Shown piece after piece: positions 27,920 through 35,894 of a DNA stretch of 64,000 nucleotides (the first letter of the stretch is position 1; each line of letters begins with the position of its first letter). The stretch comes from a virus, in IMG/VR virus record IMGVR_UViG_3300042090_002148; one strand, given 5' to 3'. Made by a program: the position numbers and the translations under genes. Below the pieces are notes generated by a model. The model was not told where the DNA came from. It saw only the letters and a list, made by a program, of their open reading frames with translations, and did not search any database.

Positions 27920-28585
27920 ATGAACGTATCTGTCGCACCGACACCGAGCGTCTCACAAGGAGCGCCGAGTTGCTTCGGAAAGGAGTGGGACAATCGAGCA
28001 CCCGAGTGTACTGGTGGACCCGACCCGAGCTTCAAGGACGAGGAGGGCAAGCACGTCCGCATCCGTTGTGGATGGTTCACGACGTGCGGGTCCGTGACTC
28101 AATCCGCGCGCCAGCTCATCGCACCGCAGACGTTGATCCGTCCACAAGCCCCCGCGGCGCCGTCGTTCGTGCCGACGCCCCCGGGCATGCCGCCGCGTCC
28201 GATGTGGACGCCCCCCGTTTCTCACCCACCCGTCGCGCCGCAGTCTGTTCAGACTGACTGGCAGCGCATCGAGCAGCAACGACAAGAGGGCCTGCGTCGT
28301 CTACAGGCCACCCCACCCCCGCAGTACCAGCCCATACCGTCAGGGCAGCAGATGCAGCCCCAGCAGTTCGTGCAGATGCAGGGGCCCGTCCACTACCCGG
28401 CGCAGACCTGGCAGGTCGGCTACGGAATGCCCGCCTATCTCACCCACGAAGAAGTACGGCAGACCGGAGAGTCCTGGTGGTCCGTGTTCATACGTGAGAT
28501 CTTTCGCGGCGCGTTGAAGGCGCTGTTTCACTCAGGAGCGCGCTACATAGACGTCAACCCGTTCAAGGGTCCACCCAGGAGCTAG
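27920..28585 (+). CDS. Hypothetical protein with N-terminal Cys cluster and Pro/Gln-rich middle
   Basis: GGAGG SD before ATG 27920; CFG..C..C..C N-terminus; C-terminal amphipathic helix. Confidence 0.65.
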   Translation: MNVSVAPTPSVSQGAPSCFGKEWDNRAPECTGGPDPSFKDEEGKHVRIRCGWFTTCGSVTQSARQLIAPQTLIRPQAPAAPSFVPTPPGMPPRPMWTPPVSHPPVAPQSVQTDWQRIEQQRQEGLRRLQATPPPQYQPIPSGQQMQPQQFVQMQGPVHYPAQTWQVGYGMPAYLTHEEVRQTGESWWSVFIREIFRGALKALFHSGARYIDVNPFKGPPRS

Positions 28586-29089
28586 ATGAGAAGACTGAAC
28601 CTGACGGGGCGGCGCTTTGGCCGCCTCGTCGCAGTAGCACGCGAAGGAAGCGACGGCAGCGGTGGCGCTACCTGGCGTTGCCGTTGCGACTGCGGTCAGG
28701 AGAAAGTCATCAGCGCACACTCGTTGAACAAGGGACGTACCGTCTCGTGCGGTTGCTGGAACCGCACGAGACCACGAGCAACGCACGGTGAAGCATCGCC
28801 CAGCACCCGCACAACTGAGTACCGTATCTGGTCTGCGATGAAGGATCGCTGCGGTAACAGCAAGAACCCACAGTACAAAGACTACGGCGGTAGGGGCATC
28901 ACAGTTGACCCACGCTGGCTAACGTACGAAAACTTTCTCGAGGACATGGGACGTCGGCCTCCTGGTCTCACCATCGAACGAAACAACAACGACGGACCGT
29001 ACGCACCCTGGAACTGTCGCTGGGCTACACGCAAAGAGCAACAAGCCAACACAAGGAAGCGACATGGACATCATCGTACGGCGCCCTAA
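28586..29089 (+). CDS. HNH homing endonuclease
   Basis: LTGRRFGRL..WRCRCDCG..SCGC..YRIWSAMKDRC..YGGRGI..TIERNNNDGPYAPWNCRWAT. Confidence 0.9.
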   Translation: MRRLNLTGRRFGRLVAVAREGSDGSGGATWRCRCDCGQEKVISAHSLNKGRTVSCGCWNRTRPRATHGEASPSTRTTEYRIWSAMKDRCGNSKNPQYKDYGGRGITVDPRWLTYENFLEDMGRRPPGLTIERNNNDGPYAPWNCRWATRKEQQANTRKRHGHHRTAP

Positions 29090-30845
29090 TGTTGGTTATC
29101 TTGACAGTGCGCTTTGGGTACCCAAGGCCGCGATCAATGCCGAGGGGGTGAAGCGCGTCCTCACCTTCGAGTTCTTTGAGCGCGACAAGATGAACGTGCT
29201 CACGCTCTACAAAGAGACGGACCACCACCTCATCGTGCCGCGAGAGTTCTGGCCACCCCAGACCTTCCAGTTTCCGGTCATCGACTGCCGCCCCCTCCGC
29301 TACACGCGGACGGGGGTGGTCAGCCGCATCAAGCTCGACCACGAGTTCGAGGACGGCACGCTGCGTCCCACCGGAAAGACAACGCAGCACGACGCGATGG
29401 CAGCGTTGCTGAGCACACGCGGCGGAGTACTGCAGCTGGCTTGCGGACTCGGCAAGACGGTCATCGCGCTCGACTTTCTAGCTAGGCGCGGCTTCCCCGC
29501 CCTCATCATCCTCGACACCACGCAGCTGATGCACCAGTGGACGAAGGAGATCAACGAGCACCTCATCGTTCCCGGAGGAGTAGGGCTCATCCAGGGGCAG
29601 ACGTTCGACTGGAAGAAGAGCGTCGTCATCGCCACGTACCACACGCTTGCAGAACGAGCGGCCTCGATGCCGGAGGAAGTACGCCAGTGGTTCGGAACAA
29701 TCATCTGGGATGAAGCGCATCACCTTGGGGCACCGAAGTTCTCGCGCACGGCCGATCTCTTCTACGGGTTGCGCCTTCTACTCACCGCGACCCCAGACAG
29801 GGACGACGGCACGCAGGTCATCTACAACTTCCACGCTGGCCCCGTCTTCTACAAGGACCTGAAGCAGGAGCTCACACCGGACATCTTCTTTAGGTGGACG
29901 GGCGTCGGGCTCGACATGACGGACAAGACCGTCGCTGCCGCCGTCAACGACTGCAACGGGGAGATGCACATCGGGAAAGTCGCTGGGCACCTGGGTCGTC
30001 AGCCTGCGCGCATTCAGTTCGTCCTCGACGAGGTGAAGCAAGCCATCGACGCCGGCCGCAAGGTCATCGTTCTCTCGAAGAGCGTCGACGCGCTCGTGAA
30101 CATGTTCGCCGCGTGGAACATGCGGCAGGCCCTCATCACCGACATCCCGTTCCCGACCGCGGCCGAGGTCGGAGAAACGGTGCCGCCGCGAGAGCTCGAC
30201 AAGGCCTCCGCAAGCAAGCTGATGGCTCACATCATGACGGCGAAGAAGGAGCTCGAGAACCCACTCCTACCTCCCCAGAAGCGCATCGAGCTCCAGATCA
30301 AGAAGGAGCACTTCGACCAGGCGTGGCAGGCCCACCTCGTCTTCAAGAAGTGCGAAGCGCTCTACAACGCCAAGCGCGCGGCCTACCTGAAGGAGCTCAT
30401 CACCCTGCCGAGCAACGCCGGGCTGATGATCTACAAGGTCAAGCCGGCGATGCGCGACAAGATGCTGCGAGAGCGGCAGGTCACCTTCGCCGTCATGAAG
30501 TACGGACGTGAAGGGCTCGACGACCGCAACCTCGACACCATCATCATCAACGAGCCGATCTCCAGCCGCAACTCGCTCCAGCAGATAATGGGACGCGTTT
30601 TGCGGAAGAAGAAGGGTAAGCAGACGTCCGTCGTCGTCTTCCTCGAGGACAACATCGGACCCTTCATCGGCATGTGCCAGAAGCTCCGCAACCACCTCCG
30701 TACCTGGGCGCCTGAAGAAGGCGGTCCCTTCGACTACGAGAACATCGGACAGCCCGTCTCCATGCGCACGAAGAAAAAAGCCGTGCTTCAAGCCACCGCC
30801 TACGCACAGTCCACCTCCATCCGACCCGCCACAAGGACCACATGA
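29064..30845 (+). CDS. Superfamily 2 DEAH helicase (UvsW-like)
   Basis: LACGLGKT, IWDEAHH, LTATP, QIMGRVLR. Confidence 0.9.
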   Translation: MDIIVRRPNVGYLDSALWVPKAAINAEGVKRVLTFEFFERDKMNVLTLYKETDHHLIVPREFWPPQTFQFPVIDCRPLRYTRTGVVSRIKLDHEFEDGTLRPTGKTTQHDAMAALLSTRGGVLQLACGLGKTVIALDFLARRGFPALIILDTTQLMHQWTKEINEHLIVPGGVGLIQGQTFDWKKSVVIATYHTLAERAASMPEEVRQWFGTIIWDEAHHLGAPKFSRTADLFYGLRLLLTATPDRDDGTQVIYNFHAGPVFYKDLKQELTPDIFFRWTGVGLDMTDKTVAAAVNDCNGEMHIGKVAGHLGRQPARIQFVLDEVKQAIDAGRKVIVLSKSVDALVNMFAAWNMRQALITDIPFPTAAEVGETVPPRELDKASASKLMAHIMTAKKELENPLLPPQKRIELQIKKEHFDQAWQAHLVFKKCEALYNAKRAAYLKELITLPSNAGLMIYKVKPAMRDKMLRERQVTFAVMKYGREGLDDRNLDTIIINEPISSRNSLQQIMGRVLRKKKGKQTSVVVFLEDNIGPFIGMCQKLRNHLRTWAPEEGGPFDYENIGQPVSMRTKKKAVLQATAYAQSTSIRPATRTT

Positions 30846-31348
30846 ACACGCCCAAGCTCAACGAACTGTTCCAGCCCGAGAAGCACGCCTGGGTCATGGC
30901 GTACCGCCACTCGGCGAAGTACTTCGGTCGCCTCATCGACATCGACGGCGCGAAGCCGCCCGAGGGAAAGGTCAGCGCCTTCGAGGTGCGCAAGGCGAAG
31001 AACGTCGCGCTCAGCCCCATCTTCCAGCTCATCACCGCGCAGCGTCAGGTGCCCCTTGATGCGCGCGGCAAGCCCATCGAGTTCGACGAGTCAGGACGCC
31101 CCACGAGCCGCCCGGTGAGCACCGGCATCACGACCGAGCCTTTCGTGCAGCTCGTCGAGTTCTGCGACTACATGACCCCGATGCACTTCGAGGGCGCGGA
31201 CATCCAGCGGTTCTTCAGCGAGATGACCGAAGAGGACGTGAAGGGCTACCGCGGGCTCCTCGAGGGCGTTGTGGCATCCGTGCAGGCCGCGTCTCCCATC
31301 GCGCTCGCGACGCCGGCGGAGACCAGCAAGGTCACCCGTGGACGTTGA
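30842..31348 (+). CDS. Hypothetical protein, 168 aa
   Basis: ATGA overlap with the helicase stop; globular composition. Confidence 0.6.
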   Translation: MNTPKLNELFQPEKHAWVMAYRHSAKYFGRLIDIDGAKPPEGKVSAFEVRKAKNVALSPIFQLITAQRQVPLDARGKPIEFDESGRPTSRPVSTGITTEPFVQLVEFCDYMTPMHFEGADIQRFFSEMTEEDVKGYRGLLEGVVASVQAASPIALATPAETSKVTRGR

Positions 31349-32195
31349 CGCACGCAAGCCACTCGGCATCCTGCAGAACGAGTGGAGCACCTGCCAACGC
31401 TGCCCGCTCGGGGAGCGACGCCTGAACGTGGGGGCACACTTCGTCCCCGGTGTGGGCTACCCGCGTTCCGTCATGCTCATCGGCGATGGACCGAACGAAG
31501 AGTCCGAGCAGATCGGCGCACCCTTCGTCGGCCGCTCAGGAGGAATCCTGCGCGCCATCCTCGCTCGCTTGGGGCTGAAGGAGTACTACCTCACCAACCT
31601 CGTTGCTTGCCGCTCCTGCGTGCCGCAGACCAACGCCTCTGGCGAACCGATGCAGCGGCGCGTGGGCGGGGTGATGACCCCCGTCTACAAGGACGAGACG
31701 CCCATCCCAGCGCACATCGCAGCGTGCCGCGCTCGTCTCAACGAGGAGATCTACCTCGTGGATCCGACGGTTATCGTAGGGCTGGGTCCGAAGGTCTGCG
31801 AGGCCCTCACGGGACGAGCCGCAAACCTGGCGCGTGACAACGGGGAGGCTCGTCCCATCTCCATCCCCGGTGCTTCACGCGTCGCCGAACTCACTGACAA
31901 GGGCGCCTGGCTCCGCAAGGTGAAGGGCCAGTGGATCCAACCGGTCGCGCGCAGCGAGGTGCGTTACCACTTCGTCCCCACCTACCATCCGCTCGACGTC
32001 GAGCGGGTGATGGACGACATGAGCCCGAACAGCACCTTCAACAAGTTCATCGTCGCACTCCGAACGGCAGTCCAGACGCATGACGCCTACCTCGAGGGAG
32101 CCTACGGCATGACGCCGGCCAACCGCGGACAGGCCACCGATCTCGACCTTCAACACGTAGCGCAGCAAGAGGCACAGACCCATGAAGAAGCGTGA
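31338..32195 (+). CDS. Family 4 uracil-DNA glycosylase-like protein (Fe-S), ~285 aa
   Basis: CQRC..GDGPN..PFVGRSG..LTNLVAC..C..YHP; start re-placed at GTG 31338. Confidence 0.85.
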   Translation: MDVDARKPLGILQNEWSTCQRCPLGERRLNVGAHFVPGVGYPRSVMLIGDGPNEESEQIGAPFVGRSGGILRAILARLGLKEYYLTNLVACRSCVPQTNASGEPMQRRVGGVMTPVYKDETPIPAHIAACRARLNEEIYLVDPTVIVGLGPKVCEALTGRAANLARDNGEARPISIPGASRVAELTDKGAWLRKVKGQWIQPVARSEVRYHFVPTYHPLDVERVMDDMSPNSTFNKFIVALRTAVQTHDAYLEGAYGMTPANRGQATDLDLQHVAQQEAQTHEEA

Positions 32196-32616
32196 AGCGA
32201 GACCCGTCACCGTAGACGAGGTCCCGGAGCTGATGGCGTACGAACTCGCGAAGCGGGATCTCGACAACTTCAAGAAGAAGCACGCAGCCGTCATCGAGGA
32301 GCTGGCATCCCTCGTCGAAGCTCACAACACAACCCTCGAGGCAGCAGACAAGGTGATGCGCGCGAACAACTACACCTGCGCGCCGTTCAACCTCCAGCAC
32401 TTCACCACGAAGTACAGCGCAGACGAGGCCTTCGTCCTGCTCGGCCGCGACGGCTTCCTCGCGGTCGGGGGCAAGATCGACAAGAAGGAGATCTACGACC
32501 TCGACAAGGATCGCTTCGAGGCAGCAGCCTCGCAGGGCAAGATCGCCGACGCCGTTGTAGAGAAGGTCCGCACCGAGACGCCGACCTACAAGAAGCCCAA
32601 GCCCCTGGCTGTCTGA
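32182..32616 (+). CDS. Hypothetical protein, 144 aa
   Basis: Coiled-coil-like N-half; embedded in the operon. Confidence 0.6.
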   Translation: MKKREARPVTVDEVPELMAYELAKRDLDNFKKKHAAVIEELASLVEAHNTTLEAADKVMRANNYTCAPFNLQHFTTKYSADEAFVLLGRDGFLAVGGKIDKKEIYDLDKDRFEAAASQGKIADAVVEKVRTETPTYKKPKPLAV

Positions 32617-32619
32617 GCG

Positions 32620-32916
32620 GTGAACTCCGCGCGGCTCACCATCGAGCGAAACGACGTCATCATCTACGAGAGGATCGAACCGATGGACAAGTTCCAGTCC
32701 CTGCGACAGACAACAGGACCCGAGGCACATGTCGGGATGAACATGGGCGTAGGCCAGGACTTCGGGAAGCTGAAGGTCGGTGCATCCGTCACCCTCAGCT
32801 GCGACCAGAACGAGGCGGCCATCAACGCGGCCGGCTACCAGGCGTTCACCAAGTGCATGGAGCTGGTCGAGCAGGGCATGAAGTACCTCGCGCAGAACCC
32901 GGAGGTGCCGACGTGA
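32620..32916 (+). CDS. Hypothetical protein, 98 aa
   Basis: Operon spacing of 3 nt; protein-like composition. Confidence 0.55.
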   Translation: MNSARLTIERNDVIIYERIEPMDKFQSLRQTTGPEAHVGMNMGVGQDFGKLKVGASVTLSCDQNEAAINAAGYQAFTKCMELVEQGMKYLAQNPEVPT

Positions 32917-33242
32917 TTCGCGGGCACATGAAGTGCGACGGAATCGCGCTGGGCGAAGCGAGTTTCAGCTTCATGAACTCGGGCGGCATCGTCCTCGAGG
33001 CGAAGGCCGCTTTCGTCAGCACGAAGACCGGCGACACGTACGGCTGGACGAAGAACACGGTCTGGTCTCCGCCCACCATCGAGAAGCTGAAGGAGCTCCG
33101 CACGTTGATGGAGATCGATCTCGGTCACCTTCACCTCGAGGAGGGCGGCGAGTCGCTCACGGGCGCCTCAGCGCCTACGGAGGGACGCGGGCTGGGCAGC
33201 ATGCCGAAGGGCGGGATCGGCGAAGAGGTTGGGTCCGTCTGA
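32913..33242 (+). CDS. Hypothetical protein, ~109 aa
   Basis: GTGA overlap with the upstream stop and a GGAGG SD. Confidence 0.55.
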   Translation: MIRGHMKCDGIALGEASFSFMNSGGIVLEAKAAFVSTKTGDTYGWTKNTVWSPPTIEKLKELRTLMEIDLGHLHLEEGGESLTGASAPTEGRGLGSMPKGGIGEEVGSV

Positions 33243-33369
33243 CCCCCTACCGCTAGTGGCGTGACCTGCCGTCCACGCAGCTAATAGAGAAAGCGCGGAG
33301 GCGATTGACGTGGGCCGCGCGGGCGGCCACGGTGATCGTCCCCCGCGTGTCCACTTTTGTTAGCCGTGG

Positions 33370-33385
33370 GGGATAAGAGGTCCGC
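33370..33385 (+). promoter_or_regulatory. GATAAG-box motif copy 3 (GGGATAAGAGGTCCGC)
   Basis: In the largest intergenic gap, 33 nt upstream of the helicase ATG. Confidence 0.5.
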
Positions 33386-33417
33386 CTACGTCATCGATCC
33401 TTGCTCTCCGAGGTGCA

Positions 33418-34896
33418 ATGTCTCACCAGCTCACACTCTGCTCACGCATCATCAGGACCGGTTGTCTAGCGGAGGTACTGGACTACGGGATTACCTCCGA
33501 CGACTTCACCACTCCCGAGGCGCTCTCGATCTGGACCCTTATCCACAACTACCACACGATGGCGCAGACACGTGGGTCTGTGCTCGACATGACAGGGCTG
33601 CTGGAGAAGCATCCCAGCTATGTTCTGGTGCCGGATCGCCCGGAGAGCTCGACACACGCGCTCTGCTTTGCGGTCCGTCGAGAGCGCATACAAGCCGGAG
33701 GCTTGAAGGCAATCGGTGACGCGGCCAGCCTCATCTCCACGGGCATCGACCCGATGGTCCCGCTTGCACGACTGCAGGCGGAAGTGAGCGCGTACCTCGC
33801 CCTGGGCTGCACCGCCAACGCAGACGTCGGGTTCGGCCGCGGTCTCGCCAGCGTCATGCAGCGCATGCAGCTGCAGCGCGACGGCGTAGACCTGGCGCTG
33901 ATGAAGTGGCCGTGGGCGGCGATGAACAAGGCCACGCTCGGACTCCAGCGCGACGACTACGTCGTCTTCTACGGGCGGCCCAAGTCGATGAAGACCTGGA
34001 CGCTCGCGTACCTCGTGGCCTGGTGTTACGAGAACGAAAAGAAGCTCGTGCTCTACACGAAGGAGATGACGCCGGACAACGTCTACCAGCGTGTGCTCGC
34101 CTGCATCTGCCGCATCCACTACGAGTTCGTTCGCGACGCGTACACGATGTCCGACAACGACTGGTACGCCATCCAGAAGCTGTACCACCAGCTGACGTTA
34201 GACCCGGTCCTTGCGAACACCATCGTGGTCCTCAACGGCCGCGACGCTCCTGCAGGTGGAGACACTGTCTCGTGGCTGAACAGCAAGATCGACAAGCACA
34301 AGCCAGTCGTAGCCTTCATCGACGGGCTCTACTTGCTCAGCGACCAGAACAAGAAGAGCAAGGATCATGAGCGCGTAACGAGCATCAGCCGCGACATCCG
34401 CGGCATGGTCCTCGGCAGCGGAGTGCCGGTCATCGCGACGATGCAAGCCAACCGCAAGGCTGCCGGACACACCGACGCGAACCTCGACGAGATCGCGTAC
34501 TCCGATTCCCTTGCCCAGGACTGCACCGCGGCCATCCGCACCATCCAGCGCAAGGTCAACCCCACCGAGGAGGAGAAAGAGAAGAACCCCCAAGCCGAGC
34601 CCAAGAAGTTCATCGACCTCATCTTCGGCGGCAGTCGTGAGTACTCTCTGCACGGCATCCGTCTGCACGCAGTGCCAGCCCGTGACTTCTCGCAGGTGAA
34701 GGAGCTCACCGAAGCCGACGTGCTCGCCTCCAAGGAAGCGGACGCTGAGGAAGAGGAAGAGCGCAAGGCCGCACGCGCCGCGAAACGGCGCAAAGCAAAG
34801 GTGAAGGCCGCACAGAACATGGCGCAGGGAGGCATCAAGGAACAACAAGCCGCAGGCGAACAGGCCGTCGCTGCACGCATGCCACACGTACAATGA
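33418..34896 (+). CDS. Replicative helicase, DnaB/SF4-like
   Basis: GRPKSMKT (variant Walker A), YTKEMT, AFIDGLYLL, TMQANR, IAYSDSLAQD; adjacent to primase. Confidence 0.85.
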   Translation: MSHQLTLCSRIIRTGCLAEVLDYGITSDDFTTPEALSIWTLIHNYHTMAQTRGSVLDMTGLLEKHPSYVLVPDRPESSTHALCFAVRRERIQAGGLKAIGDAASLISTGIDPMVPLARLQAEVSAYLALGCTANADVGFGRGLASVMQRMQLQRDGVDLALMKWPWAAMNKATLGLQRDDYVVFYGRPKSMKTWTLAYLVAWCYENEKKLVLYTKEMTPDNVYQRVLACICRIHYEFVRDAYTMSDNDWYAIQKLYHQLTLDPVLANTIVVLNGRDAPAGGDTVSWLNSKIDKHKPVVAFIDGLYLLSDQNKKSKDHERVTSISRDIRGMVLGSGVPVIATMQANRKAAGHTDANLDEIAYSDSLAQDCTAAIRTIQRKVNPTEEEKEKNPQAEPKKFIDLIFGGSREYSLHGIRLHAVPARDFSQVKELTEADVLASKEADAEEEEERKAARAAKRRKAKVKAAQNMAQGGIKEQQAAGEQAVAARMPHVQ

Positions 34897-35882
34897 CCGA
34901 CCAGATCAAGAGCGCGGTCGCTCCGTACCTGAACCGGATGCGTGCAGCAGGACCCGAGGAGGTCTCTGCGGTGTGTCCGTTTCACCGCCGAGCCGACGGG
35001 TCGGAGGGAGGTGCCACGAACTTCTTCATGAACGTGTACAGCGGGCTGTGGTTCTGCCACTCCTGCCACGCTCGCGGGAACCTCTACACCTTCCTCCGTG
35101 ACGTCGGTCTCTCACGCGACCAGATCAAGATGCAGTACCAACCGGCGCTCGACGATGCCGGGAAGTACGCACCCCCACCGCCGGACCCCGTCAACCCGGT
35201 GGAGGCGGTACTCGAACCGCTAGACGAAGGCTTCCTCGGGTACTTCGACTACTGCCCGCAGCAGCTCCTCGACGACGGCTTCCCGATGGAACTCTTGCGC
35301 AGGTTCGACATCGGGTACGACTGGACCCACCACCGCATCACCTTTCCCCTGCGCGACTGGCGGGGGCGTCTCGTCGGCATCAGCGGACGTGCGGCGCAAG
35401 ACGGAGTCCAGCCCCGGTACAAGCTGTACGACAAGGAGTACCTCGCGTTCGGCCTGCCCATCCGCAAGACCGAACGACGTCCGCTCATCTGGAACATCCA
35501 CAACGTCCTCCTCAAGCAGCACTTCACGTCCAACCCGGAGGTACAGCCCCTTGTCATCGTCGAAGGATACAAGGCCGCGCTGCGTGTCGCGCAGGCCAAC
35601 GTAGAAGTAGGAGCGCTCCTCGGCTCCCACATCACGCAGGAGCAGATCTGGTTGCTTCAGAAGCTAGACTGTCCTCTTCTCTTCATGTTCGACAACGATG
35701 ACGCCGGGAGAATGGGTCAGCTCGATGCTTGCCATCGACTGTCTCAGACCGGCTCCATCGGACACCGCTTGTTCGTCGTCGATTACGCCGCCCGTCAGCC
35801 CAGTGATCTCACCCCACATGCCGTCCTAGAAGCATTGCTCGCACCACAGCCATTCATGGAATGGTTCGTCCGTAACTCGTAG
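34893..35882 (+). CDS. DnaG-like DNA primase
   Basis: CPFH..CHSC zinc finger; TOPRIM VEGY..FDNDDAG. Confidence 0.9.
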   Translation: MTDQIKSAVAPYLNRMRAAGPEEVSAVCPFHRRADGSEGGATNFFMNVYSGLWFCHSCHARGNLYTFLRDVGLSRDQIKMQYQPALDDAGKYAPPPPDPVNPVEAVLEPLDEGFLGYFDYCPQQLLDDGFPMELLRRFDIGYDWTHHRITFPLRDWRGRLVGISGRAAQDGVQPRYKLYDKEYLAFGLPIRKTERRPLIWNIHNVLLKQHFTSNPEVQPLVIVEGYKAALRVAQANVEVGALLGSHITQEQIWLLQKLDCPLLFMFDNDDAGRMGQLDACHRLSQTGSIGHRLFVVDYAARQPSDLTPHAVLEALLAPQPFMEWFVRNS

Positions 35883-35894
35883 CCAGGAGCACAC

